DNA of 64,000 nucleotides from Microthyrium microscopicum (Eukaryota). The stretch covers positions 620,001 to 684,000 of the forward strand of contig MU004239.1 of assembly GCA_010405405.1 (NCBI GenBank). Reading direction: 5' to 3'. How positions within the stretch are numbered: position 1 is the stretch's first letter; each line of letters begins with the position of its first letter. The notes under the pieces are model-generated. The model did no database searches, had not been told where the DNA came from, and saw only the letters and a program-made list of their open reading frames with translations. This document shows, piece by piece, positions 36,709 through 49,829 of the stretch. Both the position numbers and the translations under genes were made by a program.

Positions 36709-37839
36709 AGAGCCAGCTACTTTGTTCAGAGGTCACTGTCAAATCATAGAGGGAGATTTCAGCGCACGTATTTCAAACTCATATGAACACAAATCGCAGT
36801 AGGTCATCAGGTATTACTGCATATGTCTCCACTTGGGTATGCAAGGGAAGCTTATGAGTGTGCCCAGGGGATTTTAGAGGTTGAGTTTGTATGAGTATTG
36901 ATACAAAGACAGCAGGCAAAATAATATTTGCAGTTCAAGATAGTGGAAAGTTTAGATACAATGATCAATGACCCACATACCAGGAGTACTAGGCGATATA
37001 GGCACGGAGGCATACCCTTATACAATCGCAATACAGACATGGATTTTTTTGAGTCTTCAATGATAGTGTGGCTACAAGACAAATCAATAACGTCAGGCGC
37101 ATATCACCCCAGATGCACTTACTTGAAAAATTAGCTGCTGTCGACTGGGCAACGACCAGTTATATAGGACTTTTATCATTCTCCTGCTATTTAGCTTTAC
37201 TGAACTTTTCTTTCTTGGTTATATTGAACCTTGAAGAATGGTCACTCTTGCCTCAGCATGAAGGTGCTACTCAGCCATTGTCTTTGTCAATTACCGTAAT
37301 CCGAAATGTTTTCATGGAAAGTGATTATTCAAGTATCATTGCTATGCACGATATTTACTGGCCTATTATTTTACAACTGTTTTATCAGTGGATAGGAGCA
37401 GGGATGGCCTAGTTCTCTCCTCACACAAGTACGGACTAGAGTAACAGGTATGACTAGAGTAGTAAGCACGATCTTGCCTGTAGCTTACTGTGCCTTTCCG
37501 AGCTCCCATTGTCGCAACTTCCCATCATCCCAATAATCAACAAAACATCTAGGAGTAGGCATCAGCCATTGGTCCATGGAGCGGGCGGTGAGTTATTCTT
37601 TATCTACCAACCCAGGTACTCACACAAACTTGGGTCAGCCACGCACTCACTTACGAGACTTAGCCTCCTTGTTTCGCGGCTACTGCCGTCGAATGTAGAT
37701 GCCTAAAGTTTGTCACTTCCAATGTACAGCGCTGGATCTCAACCCGCAGCGGTCAATTAGTACTGCATCTAGTTCCCGCACCATTGATATGTATTTCAAA
37801 ATCCGGAAATTTGGCTGTTTTCCAAATCCACATTGAGCC

Positions 37840-39604
37840 ATGGTTCACGACGCGATTGACAAAAAAACACGCACAAGCACCTCGAAGGTTAGAAGTGGAT
37901 GTATCACTTGCAAGTGAGTTCAATGCTCTAAAGCTGATCTGAGAAATTGACAGTATCTACAGATCCCGTCGCGTCAAATGCGACGAAGAAAAGCCGTCAT
38001 GTCGACGATGTATCAAGGCTGGCAGACAATGTGAAGGGTATTCTCAACCTTCGTCAAGCCGGATTGTTCCCCGAATTGTCATGACGGTCTATGTTCCTCC
38101 AGCCCAGAAGCAGCTGGTCTCATTCCTAGGATCCCATCAGGTCGAGTTCTACCATCACAATGTGGCTCCAAGGCTTTCAGGATACTTTGATTCCGATTTT
38201 TGGCACACCCTTGTCTTGCAATTGACACAGTCAGAGCCTGCAATACAACATGCTGTGGCTGCAATTGGGGTTCTTCATCGTCACATAGACGCTGAATCAC
38301 CTTCCTTGGCTAGTGGATCTGTTCTACCAACTACAATTGCTCTTGAAGAATGCACCTCCGCCATGCGACACTTGAGTCTTCAGATAGAAAAAGGAGCAAC
38401 AACGATGCTCGTTCCATTGGTGGCATGCGTTTTATTCACATGCCTTGAATTCCTGCGAGGAAACGTTGACTCAGCAATGGTGCACATTGTGAGTGGCTTC
38501 AAACTTCTACGAGATAGTCGATACCATGGGAGCTCAGAGGGCCAAACAACGAATGAGCTACAAAACGACAACTTCACCATCGAACGATATATTGTTCCTG
38601 TCTTCAAGAATTTAGATACCCTCTGCATTTTGTTTGGAACGGTTCTTCCCGCTGTGGATTTTGCAGCAAACAATCAAGCACAGTCTTTCATTGACATACA
38701 CGATGCTCGTAAGAGACTCATTGGTATCATGAATGAAACTCTACGATTTATCAGACAGTCAGAAGGGACTGCGTATAACGACAAAGTCACTGTCGAAGAG
38801 CTCATAGAAAGAGTCAGGATGGGTGCAGAACTGGAAGAATGGTTTCACAGGTTACAAGACCTTCTTCGCCGACTGCGTGACTCCGACCGGGATGTGAATA
38901 CACCGGCTATTTGCCTCTTGAAGATTCATCACAGATGCGTCAGTATATGGCTTTCGCTCTGTTTGTCTACTGCGTCATCTGACACCGACTCTCATACTTC
39001 AGGTTTCAGAGAAATAATAGAGTTGAGCAGGAAAATCCATGAGGCTGAACCGAAGCTCGTCAAGACAAAATCAGAGGCGTTCTCCTTTGAGATGAAAACG
39101 CTTCCGCCGCTTTATTATGTGGTAACCAAATGCAGAGTGCCATCGCTTCGTCGGAAGGCGCTGGAGCTTATGCGATCATCAACACACCGCGAGGGACTTT
39201 GGAACACCACAATCGCTGTGAAAATTGCAGAAAGAATCATAGCTATTGAAGAAGCTAACCTCGATAAAACAGCGGAGACTTCTAGTTCATCACATAGTTT
39301 TGAGAACCGAGAGCCCCTACCTCTAGAGGAACATCGAATACACCATATCGGAAAGCTTCCAACAGATTTCCTCAGGGGCCCCGGCGATCCAGGAGTCTTC
39401 AGCAAGCCAACAAGGCCCACTACAGAAAGATTATACGAGTGCAAAGACTCGGCCTCTCCTTTCTTCTTTGGAGAGAGAACCCAAGAAGGAGTCTCCACTT
39501 TGCTGTTCTCAAACTCAGAACGGATATCAGTGAACTTCCACTCGAAGCCTTGGGGACCGCATGGTGATTGGTTGGTCTCGACCGAGGAAATAGTTATCTC
39601 ATGA
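37840..39604 (+). CDS. Zn(II)2Cys6 transcription factor
   Basis: KVRSGCITCK|IRRVKCDEEKPSCRRCIKAGRQCEGY across intron 37914-37962, followed by an FW..LVLQ...EPAIQHAVAAIG fungal TF domain. Confidence 0.92.
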
Positions 39605-40064
39605 GAAGGCATTTGTTGACAAATTGCCTTTTTGCTCCGCCATTGACTGGTGTTCTTGATGCTCTGAAGTTTTCCATGCTCCGAAGATCACTAAGAAATA
39701 CCCTCTGGTGTAGATAGTGAAATCACAACGAAGGATTCTAACATCACCTGTCACATCACGTTCAGAAATTAATTGCGTTCAATCGGTGCACTGGCAACTA
39801 GCCATAGGCTTAGAAAAGAAAACATGGCCCGATATCATGGATTGATGGGGTTCTAGACAGTTTGGAATTAACAGAGGCTAATAGTCGATTGCAGGGTATC
39901 AAGCCTCGAGCACAGCATCAGAGTTGTGGCTGACCTTATGAAGGGATGTGATATGATCGTTCAAGTCGCAAAGTCTAACAGGCATAATAATAAACATAAA
40001 TTAAGCTTTGGATATCCTTTTTGGTAATCTGCAACAAAAGTTCTACGAGCCATCGGTTAAGCAT

Positions 40065-41081
40065 TTACTTCAAGTCGTAATTATCACTTTCAGTAGTACT
40101 CTTTGGCCCTTTTCGGAGCGACCAGCGTGCAGCCTGCCAGTTTCTATCCAATGCATATCCAGGATGTAGAACGGTCAGCGCTAGTACACCAAGTATAATC
40201 ATCGGACCTTCAAGAACCATAAAAGCTGCTTCATTATTCGCAATTGTACCGTTAAAGCCCCCTTGCAATTCAGCAATTCGATAGATGGATCGAATCGTGA
40301 TGAGGATTGTTGCAAGCCAGAGAGCTATGGTTTGATCAGCGAAGGTCAAGGTCGAGTAATGTCAATAACTTACCGTAGTTAAAGTACTTGAATTTCCGAG
40401 ATTTCGTCAACTGCACAAATGCGGGATTGCGCAAGCTCTGGTCTGTCTTTTTCAATTGCCAAAGGAAATGCAACCACAATCCCATAAATATGCCAAGGGA
40501 GACGACCTGAGCAACCAGACCAGCAATCATGATATTTCTTCCTGTATTGCTACCACTTTCATCGTTTGCCGTAGCTGCGATTCCGCCACCAGCTCCTTGT
40601 AATACTAAAGATATGAAGTCGCAAGCCATGAATGTGATGCTGAAAGTTCGTGGGCTCAGTTTTGAGATACGCTCTCCATATATAACGACGATTCGAGACA
40701 GGCAGAGATATATGCTTCCGGTGAGGAAAGCAGGCCCGATCGTCAAGGGAATCAAGTATCTGTTTGCTGTATTAGAAAAACAATTCCTGGTCTAAAGCCT
40801 AGAAAGAAAGGAGCTTACATGAGGAAGTTGTTAAAGTCGAATGGGTTATTGTGTAACATTATGCGGCCAACATAGCCGATGACTTCCAGAATCAGGCCAC
40901 AGATCATGCCTATTAAGAATCCCCAGGTGCGATAAAAGACGCCAAGACCAATTTGTGCTATAAGAAGAATACCGAGTATAGCAGCATAGGTAGCGTTTCC
41001 ACCAAGTGAAGGAAGAAATTCGACTTGGGCGCATTCAAGCGGGCAAGTTTGAAGCGTGCAGTTTAAAGGACAGGAACTCAT
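40065..41081 (-). CDS. RTA1-like membrane protein
   Basis: CTLQTCP..LPSLGGN, LEVIGYVGR, LTIGPAFL...IYLCLSR, CDFISLVLQGAGGG, IRSIYRIAELQGG, EGPMI..HPG. Three exons. Confidence 0.93.
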
Positions 41082-42321
41082 GACGAAGCTGAATGAAACG
41101 ATCGAACGATGAGCGAGAGCAGCAAAAATTTAGTGCAGAATAGGAGCTGGTAATGTGAATTGCGCTGGAACAACTTTGATCAATACAGCGTCATGATAAA
41201 GAGAATTGAAGGTTGTCTTATATCAAACTCGACTTCAACGCCTCACTCTCCAGTGTCTTCGTTGAGGCTGCATTTCCCAAACATTGACATCGTTCCACAC
41301 TAATCCAGATAAGCTAGCAGAATACGAGCGGCGTTTGGCAGATTAGGCACACACAATTAAACCTCCTCTTAGTGGACATCAATGGCTTGATATCCTGCAG
41401 CTCAAAAGCAAGCCTCCACGCGAGGACCATTGCGTGTCAGATTAGTAAGATTTCGGTGTAAATGCACCAAGGCAGACTCCTTCCTCATCTCCTCAAGGCT
41501 TATGTATGAAGGCCGGCCGCGAGTCGAGACTTGGCAAATGCGTGGTTACGCGGATCAGCCTTGTCTAAGCCTTGTGGACCCAGTGCTCGGTATGAGGCTC
41601 CATCTGTTCCGCAACTGTGATTGGTATGTCGTAAAGCTCTAACTCTAAGTAGACTAGCAAAAGCCACTGCATGGCTTTCTTGGATCTCTCGTACCGTACT
41701 AACCGGTTCAGGAAGACCCCTAACGACTACATTCCGAATTAGGTAGTCGTTTGCTCCGCCTCATCAATGTGAGCTTCTGCTAACTTTAGGTTTGTTTTTT
41801 TGCTTTTGCCAAGCGTCGCTCGAACTTTATGGTAAGTTCACCAACTGATTGACAAAATAGCTGGCACGCATAACACAAACAAAATGATCATATCTGCTCT
41901 CTGGTCAGAGTACAACAGCAAGTAAATTCGTATAAGCTCAATAAGGGATACAAATCAAATTTATATATCTTTAGTGACCTTTGAATCCAGTAGAAGCCGC
42001 AATTGATCAGTTCCGTTGCTGTAATTTTTATCATGCAGCTCCACGCGGACGAAAACCGTGATCAGTTTGGAGCATTTTCATACTTAATAAGAGTCTTTCC
42101 CGTTCAGCAAGTTTCGACATCAAAAGCTGTCCTACTAGCCCACTAAAGCTTATGAACAATGCCGCCGCTGCACTTGACCTTAGTGTATAGACTCATTAGT
42201 CCAAAGGCGGCAGCATGGTACTGGGAATCATAGATCCCTAGCTAACGAGAGGTTCTATATCTACCTAGTATTGGCATAATTTCCATTTCTCTATTACCAA
42301 CTAGTAGAATGTTGTGGAATA

Positions 42322-42552
42322 CCATAGGGTGCGATGGGGGGTAGAAAATATCATAATGGGAGAACCCTTTCGGTAAGATAATAGTACAAGTATTCAGAGA
42401 TACTTTCAGATCTCGAGATAGGTTAAGGACATGAAAGGGAAAGAATGGCTGACTGTGACATACCTCCTACGTCCTTTCGACATCATATGGTCTCTTCTTC
42501 CTGGAAGAATTATCCCATTATCATTTCCTCTACCTCCCATCACACCCTATGG
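42322..42552. mobile_element. 231-bp MITE-like element with 40-bp TIRs and flanking TA dinucleotides
   Basis: 42322-42361 matches the reverse complement of 42513-42552 at 34 of 40 positions. TA at 42320-21 and 42553-54. Confidence 0.75.
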
Positions 42553-43464
42553 TAGATAGAAACCTAAATATGTTCAGGTGGGCGGTTTTTGTTCTTGGCC
42601 AATTGGCTCTTGATAACCTTCGTGATACTCTGACCAGGTAGACTGAGTTATATCCTGCGATTGCGAGTCACATACTTTAGATGTTGAACACTGATAGACG
42701 TATATAAACTTCCTTGAATCTCTCATGTCTATAATGTAGTTTATAGCCTTCACTGACGGATTGCTGTCTTTCAATATCAAAGAGATCCGTACACTCAGCG
42801 TTTGTGTATTGCGAAAAAACATACATCTGTCTTTCCACTCACATCTGGCACCAGAAGAGACTTTTTGATTATGCCAATTGATCCCATTAGAGATAATTCG
42901 CCTTTTACCTGGACTTGCGGGGAAAAAGGTTGAGGAGGGCTTGGGGTGCAGAATACTAGATCATTGGGTTAACTGCGGATACTTCTGCATTGACTGTAAG
43001 TTTAATCTTGAACCTCTGGCACTCGTTCTTATGGTTTCTATTTAGGCCATCAGCGAAAGGAAAATGAAAGAATAACTACAGCAAACGGAGCGTAATGGGG
43101 CCTCAACTGCTTCACTGTCTCAAAGCTCAGGCAAAATTCAAGTTTAGCAATAGGGTATTCAAGCTCTATGGTAGCTTATCCTAGCAGAAAGCCTACCGGA
43201 AATTACTACTGGCCTCAAATATATTGCTTTGGTATCGTAAGAATCTCTCCACCACTGCCAGTGTCGATAAAGTTGGTACTGTTGATAGATCGGCAAATTT
43301 CATTAACCAGGTAACTCAACAAGAGTGTTGCATGTGCCTGGATCCTTTTAGCCATGCAATTTAGAACCTCTTGTGCTTGGTGATATATAAGCTCTGTTAT
43401 CGCTTCTTTCATCTTGCAGCCTTTTGGACGCTACACCATCCTCCTACTTACTGAGGTATTTAAG

Positions 43465-44872
43465 ATGCAGTGGAATATCCTCGCAAGCTTATTGCTTGCC
43501 CAGCATGTTGCTGGACAAGGCGGCTTCAACATGTTGCGGTTTGCATGCTCACAATTGGTATGATCCACTTGGATTCCATAACAAGTATCGTAGCTGATTA
43601 TTCTCCAGGTTGTTGAGCGGACAGATCCATTGGTATTTCCCGGCAAGAAGTACACACCACATCTTCATCAAATCGTGGGAGGCAATTCATTCAACATCAC
43701 GATGGACCCGGCGCAAGATCCGGCAGAGAAGTCAACTTGTACTTCCTGCAGCTTTGTGGAGGATATGTCCAACTACTGTGCGTCGCACTCACGCTATGAC
43801 TGTTCTAGCTCTTTTTGAGGAGATGCTGACTGCATCAAGGGACGGCGGTTATGTTTTTCAAGCACAAGAATGGCACCTTCACTCGCGTTCCGCAAACCAA
43901 CAATGGTGGTCTAGTCCAGAAGGGTGGTCTTGACGTGTACTATATCCCACAAGGAAAAGTCACCGCTTTCAAGAAGGTGAGGATAACGGATATGCCCACG
44001 CACGAGATGCTGATTGACCTTAGGGTTTCCGAATGATTGCTGGCAGTCCTTCCAATACCGATCCCAAAGCCATACAAGGAAAGGTATGCAACCGATGCTG
44101 GACCAACTCTGGAGAAGGTAGAGGAGGCGGAGGATTTGTCGGCGGCGCCCCTTGTAAGAAAACAGCTCCAGAGTGTGCTAAGCCTATTACTGATAACTTA
44201 AAGGCACAGGATCGGACTCGGCAGAAATTCCAGCAGATCCTAAATGCAAGATGATTCGTCAAACTGTTATCTTCCCTCAGTATGTCCCCGACTACTTTAC
44301 CCAAGGGGAATGAGAAGCTGATTTGATGTCAGTTGCTGGGACGGCAAGAATCTTGATTCTCCAGATCATGCTAGTCACGTTAGCTACGGCCAGTTCATGG
44401 GTGCTAATGGCGGTGGTGCATGCCCAACCAGCCACCCCATTCGTTTACCGCAGATCATGTATGAGCTTGTAAGTGAATCTTGGGCTTGAATCAATCAGCA
44501 CCGAATCTAATTCCAAATAGATGTGGAATCTTACATCCTTTACGGATAAGAGTCAATGGCCAACAGATGGCACAAGACCCTTTGTATACAGCACTCACAG
44601 TGCTGGACCGTCTGCACATGGTGACTATGTCTTTGGCTGGAAGGGAAACAGCCTGCAGACAGCCATGGACGCCAGATGCGCCAACAACGCCGATTGTCCC
44701 AAGGGTGGCATCCATTTCCAGAGGCCCGAGAAGTACAACGGCTGCACCATTCCTCAACAGGCTCCTGAGAAGGTGGATGGATGTAAGTGTTGACTCTTTG
44801 TAGACTGTTGTTCATACTAATCTCTTTGCAGGGCTCAATCGTATGCCAATTGGCTCAGCACCAATATTATAG
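43465..44872 (+). CDS. Secreted DUF1996-family protein
   Basis: Signal peptide, MLRFACSQL|VVERTDPLV.PG..HLHQIVGGNSFN, STCTSCSF.EDMSNY|W, GFRMIAG, CWDGKNLDSPDH, HPIRLPQIMYE, HGDYVFGWKG. Multiple introns. Confidence 0.9.
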
Positions 44873-45403
44873 CCTTAGACTTGGTCGTACTACTCTTGTC
44901 AAAATATATATAGTTGGTCTTGTGGCCGAAATCCATGATGTAGATTTGATTCTTGACTTACTGCGCTCTTGTGTGAGATGTATTCAACTTGAGACCGTCC
45001 TATAGATCCTATAACGAGTTCTGATGTCCTATCGTGACTGGTCCCCCATGCGAGCCAGTGGCATGTCGTGAGAGAGTCATCTGTACGACTGCGAGGTATG
45101 GGAGTTCGTAAATTTTACCGTCACTGTGTTTGAAGTTTTTTTTTTGAATTTGCAGATGGCTAAAATATGTACAATAAGCCTACGTATCATTTCTGCCATC
45201 GAGTCTTTAATGATGCTCAGCCTCTGGTGCCAGAAAGGTATCGTATGCCAGATACACAGCAAATGCCGCAGTTGCCAAACCGAGTCCCGGAAACGTGCCC
45301 CTCCACCGCAGCTCCCGCTTGTTGAACGGGCCTGTATAACGCCATGCTTCGCTATATTGTGATTAGCACACAGTATGAGCTTATATTTCCACGCGATGGT
45401 CAC

Positions 45404-45715
45404 TCACTGTCTCGCCCAAGGATCTCCCTTCAATGCCGGGCTCATTCCACCTTCTCCTAAGAACCAGCTTTTTAAGAATACCAGTTTCGGAATTGGATTT
45501 AATCCCTTGGGCCGGTCGCCGCCGGGTTTGTACATAGCGGCTTCACCAGCAGCTTTCCAGTCGGCGAGATGGAAGCCGGTTGCGCTGGCAATCTTTTGAC
45601 CGGTTGCGCGTTCCATTAGTTGCTCCATCTGTAGGTGAGTAGGCTTGTTGCTGTTCTCCGCGAAGAGTGTGCCGACTTCACGCCATATATCGCGAGAGGA
45701 CTTGATTTCGGACAT
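45404..45715 (-). CDS. Small hypothetical protein (103 aa), divergent from CAF1
   Basis: ATG in a CACCATG context and a globular-looking composition. No family recognised. Confidence 0.45.
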   Translation of the reverse strand: MSEIKSSRDIWREVGTLFAENSNKPTHLQMEQLMERATGQKIASATGFHLADWKAAGEAAMYKPGGDRPKGLNPIPKLVFLKSWFLGEGGMSPALKGDPWARQ

Positions 45716-46233
45716 GGTGGGTTGAGGTGCCCTGGCAGGGTCGTTGGTGAGGAGGGAAGATCAGTCGGAGGTCAATCGGTCGAGTGACCAATACCTGGGT
45801 GGGTTCGAGGGAGATTGAGTAGAATGCTGAGCTTGAAGGGGCGATATGGTGCGGGCTTAGGTGAATTGAGGATAAGTCGATGGAGTGAAGTTGTAATGGG
45901 ATAATGCCAAGACTTTGAGCTAGAGCGCCAAGACTCGTACCTGCAACTGCAACTCCCAAGTCTCCAACTGTGGTACGGTACATCTCGACTCTCCATTCTC
46001 CCACCTGTCGCTTCTATCCCGCTATAAACTTCACGTCTCTCCTGCCGACCTCTCTCTCCTATAATACTCATTGGCTTCCTCGTTCTTAACAGATTCGGAA
46101 AGCGTTAGCGCTGTACTGGCGCAACAACCCTATAAACTCGATTCGCCATCTCTCGCGGCTTCGTTCGACCATTAACAACTTCTCGACTCTTCATATCTCT
46201 TCTTCATAGCTGAACGATTGGCAGAATCCAACA

Positions 46234-47685
46234 ATGAAGCCAGCCGCTCGTGGATATCCTCCGCAAAATCTCGGCAATACCTTCTCCCAGCTCCACCAAC
46301 AACCCGGCCCACATCAAACCTCACATATTCAACAACATCCATCTCTCCAACACAATTTTAGTGCCCATCATGCGTTTGCTAGTCAAAGCAGTATATTTGG
46401 CCCACAAGGCACCAACGGCGCCAATGGCGGCTCCTCCAATCTACACGCTGGTTTCGGAGGAGGTGGTGGATTAGGCGGACAATCAGCACAAATGGCTTTT
46501 GGTCATGGCGGCCTACAGCAGCAATTACAACAAGCGCATGAACCCAACTCTAATGTTATGCGTGGACAAGCACAGCGGATTCGCGAAGTGTGGAAGGGCA
46601 ACTTGGCCGAGGAAATGGCCGTCGTACGCATGCTGATTGACAAGTACCCATACATCAGTATGGACACTGAGTTCCCTGGAGTAGTAGCGCGACCCATCGC
46701 CGAAGATTTTGGCTCAAAGAGTGCCTTTCATTATCAAACTATGCGCTGTAATGTCGACCTGCTCAAGCTCATTCAATTGGGCATTACCCTTTTCACAGTC
46801 GATGGCGAAATGCCACCCCCAGATGCATTAAACCACGTTCCGCGGAGTCAATTACCTGCTAACATGACCATATGTCCATGTACATGGAGCTTCAATTTCA
46901 AGTTCAGCCTGGATGAAGATATGTACAATGAAGCTTCAATACGTCTGCTCAAAGACTCGGGTGTCGATTTCGAAAAGCACAATACTAACGGTATTGATGT
47001 TGAGGAATTTGGCTCACTTCTCATTACTTCCGGTCTTACATTCTCTAATGACGTTCACTGGATTTCATTCCATGGCGGCTACGATTTCGGTTACCTATTC
47101 AAGGTCATGTGGAATCGAGGATTGCCCCAGGATGAGGAACATTATCGACGTCTGATCAAGAAGTTCTTTCCTAACATTCTCGACGTCAAGTTCCTGCTCA
47201 ATAGTGCACGCCGACAACGCGATCGTGGAACAGTTAATTCCAATGTTGCCAAAGCGCTCGAAAGTTTCGGCCAGAAACCTGGTTTACAAGACATAGCCGA
47301 CGACCTTGGCTTGACCAGAGTCGGTATTAGTCATACAGCTGGCTCAGATGCCTGGTTGACTGGTCTTTTGTTCTTTGAAGTCCGAAAACGTGTCTTCGAC
47401 GATCAAATACCCGAAGAATACAACGGCCAAATGTGGGGTCTGACTGGTATAGGACCACCTGCGTCTACTACTGCTCAAGCCGCCGCGCTGGCCTTGCATC
47501 AAAATCAAGCTGCGGCTGCTGCCAACGGCATGGCATATCACACGGCGGGTGCTCATCATCGAGAAGGCGGCCCTAGCACCCCTACCACCAATCCGACTGG
47601 TCTGGTTTCGACACCATCACAAGGCTTCTCCTCGATGACTCCAGGGGCCGGTGGGGCGTTTGGCAACTTTCAGTATGCAAAATAG
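46234..47685 (+). CDS. CAF1: CCR4-NOT deadenylase subunit Caf1/Pop2 (DEDD exonuclease)
   Basis: IREVW..NL, YISMDTEFPGVVARP, YQTMRCNVDLLKLIQLG, WISFHGGYDFGY, GLQDIA..L..HTAGSDAWLT. Intronless, 483 aa. Confidence 0.96.
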   Translation: MKPAARGYPPQNLGNTFSQLHQQPGPHQTSHIQQHPSLQHNFSAHHAFASQSSIFGPQGTNGANGGSSNLHAGFGGGGGLGGQSAQMAFGHGGLQQQLQQAHEPNSNVMRGQAQRIREVWKGNLAEEMAVVRMLIDKYPYISMDTEFPGVVARPIAEDFGSKSAFHYQTMRCNVDLLKLIQLGITLFTVDGEMPPPDALNHVPRSQLPANMTICPCTWSFNFKFSLDEDMYNEASIRLLKDSGVDFEKHNTNGIDVEEFGSLLITSGLTFSNDVHWISFHGGYDFGYLFKVMWNRGLPQDEEHYRRLIKKFFPNILDVKFLLNSARRQRDRGTVNSNVAKALESFGQKPGLQDIADDLGLTRVGISHTAGSDAWLTGLLFFEVRKRVFDDQIPEEYNGQMWGLTGIGPPASTTAQAAALALHQNQAAAAANGMAYHTAGAHHREGGPSTPTTNPTGLVSTPSQGFSSMTPGAGGAFGNFQYAK

Positions 47686-48095
47686 ATATAATTGACATTG
47701 TTACTTATAACAGTCAGGCCAACCATGTTTTCGCGAAGGAACAATAGTCCTGGACCGTCGTCGTATTCTAACCTGTCTCATCCACGAAGTACACCCACCC
47801 GTCTGCCTCACCAAGCATCAGAATAGAATTCATCGCCCTTGTCTTTAACCACACCGAAACAACCTAACAAAACCCAATATACTGAATCGCCGTTATCTTT
47901 AAAGCTAAAAGGGGCACAAGCAGCACGGAGAATTGCGTCTGCGTCTGGACTGTCTACTGCAGCAGTAAGTTGACGGTTTTCGAAATCGTCCACCTCCTGG
48001 AATGTAGACTACTATTGCGCATTCAGCCAAATTGACAAGTAACAACTAACGATTGTTAGGCGCCGTTCATCCCTAATCAACATCAAGAGAACCAT

Positions 48096-49196
48096 ATGCC
48101 GAAACAAGGTCCAGGCAGTTATCCCATCTATCCTCAACAGCAAAATACTCGACCAGGATACCGGCACAATGGTTTGATAGGTCCTCAAGGCGCTTCTGGC
48201 TTCACAGCCTCAGGAAGCAATCCATTCGGCATACAGCCCTATTCGCTAAAACAGACAAATCACAATCCTACTCAACACTTGAACCTGACGCCGCTCCCTA
48301 CCCCCGGGAATCATTCCGCGCAAATAATCTCTAGTCCAAATCGCAATTCAAACTCAAAACATCATACATCTAAATCAAAACGCAAACCTCATTCAAATCG
48401 CAGCTCCCGTTCCTCCCTACAGCCTGGTTCCACTCCTGCGCCCCCTGCTAACCTTTCCCCCAGCTTCTATGCTGTTACCAATCGCAACGACCGATTCCAG
48501 CACCAGGTTCCTGCTCGTCATTCTTATAGCTTTGGTTCTCAACCCCGATCAAACTTCACTGGTCAGCCCTTTTCCCATCCAGGCTCAAGGGCTACTTCGT
48601 TTGGCTCTAATAGCCAAAATTACCGGGTTCTCCTTCCACCGCCCAATAACCATCGCCACACAACCTTTGTGCTTGACAGCATGCTTACTGACAATCCTAT
48701 GATGACTTCTGCATCATCTGGGGCGGGAAATTCTGAGAGTGACGGTATATCCGATGGAATACACAGCTCGGGTACTCTTGCTGGAGATTGGGACGGCTCC
48801 TCGTCGGATACCAGACACTCTTTAGGAGAGGTAAGATTCCCCAGAACATAATCAACAGATCGCTTCAGGTGGCTGCCGTTCACGAGTAAGCATGGAGATC
48901 TCCCCAACTGTCCACTTTCTGTACAAAGATTCCATCATTTTTATAGAGCCTGTTGAATGCGATCACATGTGCTTTTGTAATATTTTTCTAACAAAGTCCA
49001 GGGCGATGGGATGTCATCTTCTTTCGGGGGCCCGCATCATCCTGGATATTTCCCTGGCTCTTTCCCGTCTGGTGTTGGCCAGATGCAGCTTCGAATCCGC
49101 CACCTGCGTCCTTGGAGATCCATGGATCCTATATCCAAGGTGGATCAGGTCCACAACTCGTCTGTGAAGGCTAGATTTGCCTCTGGTCCGTGGTAA
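48096..49196 (+). CDS. Low-complexity Ser/Pro/Asn-rich hypothetical protein
   Basis: 251-codon ORF. A phase-0 intron 48831-49001 (GAG|GTAAGA..CTAAC..CAG) would join it to the 49011-49196 frame. The start is uncertain. Confidence 0.4.
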
Positions 49197-49829
49197 TTGG
49201 GAGAAGCATTGTTCATACTATGGAGTCTAGATCCTGTGCGACATAATGATCGGCCTGGATATGGATAGCGTTGGGTGACTGATTAGGTATTCTTTGAACC
49301 GAAGCTCTATTGCTTGCTATATTTGCCTCAAATCCAGTCTGTGACTGACTTGTTTGCCTCCCGTGGAGCATGCAAAATGAGAATACGTCGAAGAGAGTGA
49401 TAGGTTGGGTTGTTATAAATGTACATGCCTGCCTTATTTGCTGACAGTCAATTAGGCTGACTATTTGATAAGTGTTGAGAGGCTTCTACCTCGTCTTTCA
49501 TCGCTAATCCTACCTCGCTACAATCGTTATTTTGTCCTGAGGTGTTGAAATGACAGAGTCGCTTTTTATTTCCACCTCGAGCTCTCTCGCAGTCACTATT
49601 GTTGGCAAGTGATCACTTGTAGCGCGTTGTCACTACGAGGATAGAGCTAGTAGTACTTAAATTCAGCATCTCGACTTGCTTTTCAATTCTCATCACTCTG
49701 TATCCTACAACTTCCACCCATTACAAAACACGCCCACACAACTTCAGCGTCTCTTCGCAAAATATACGGAATCTGAGCAAGAACCAACACCTAAAAGACT
49801 TACCTGCTTCCAGCTTGAAATCATAGACG

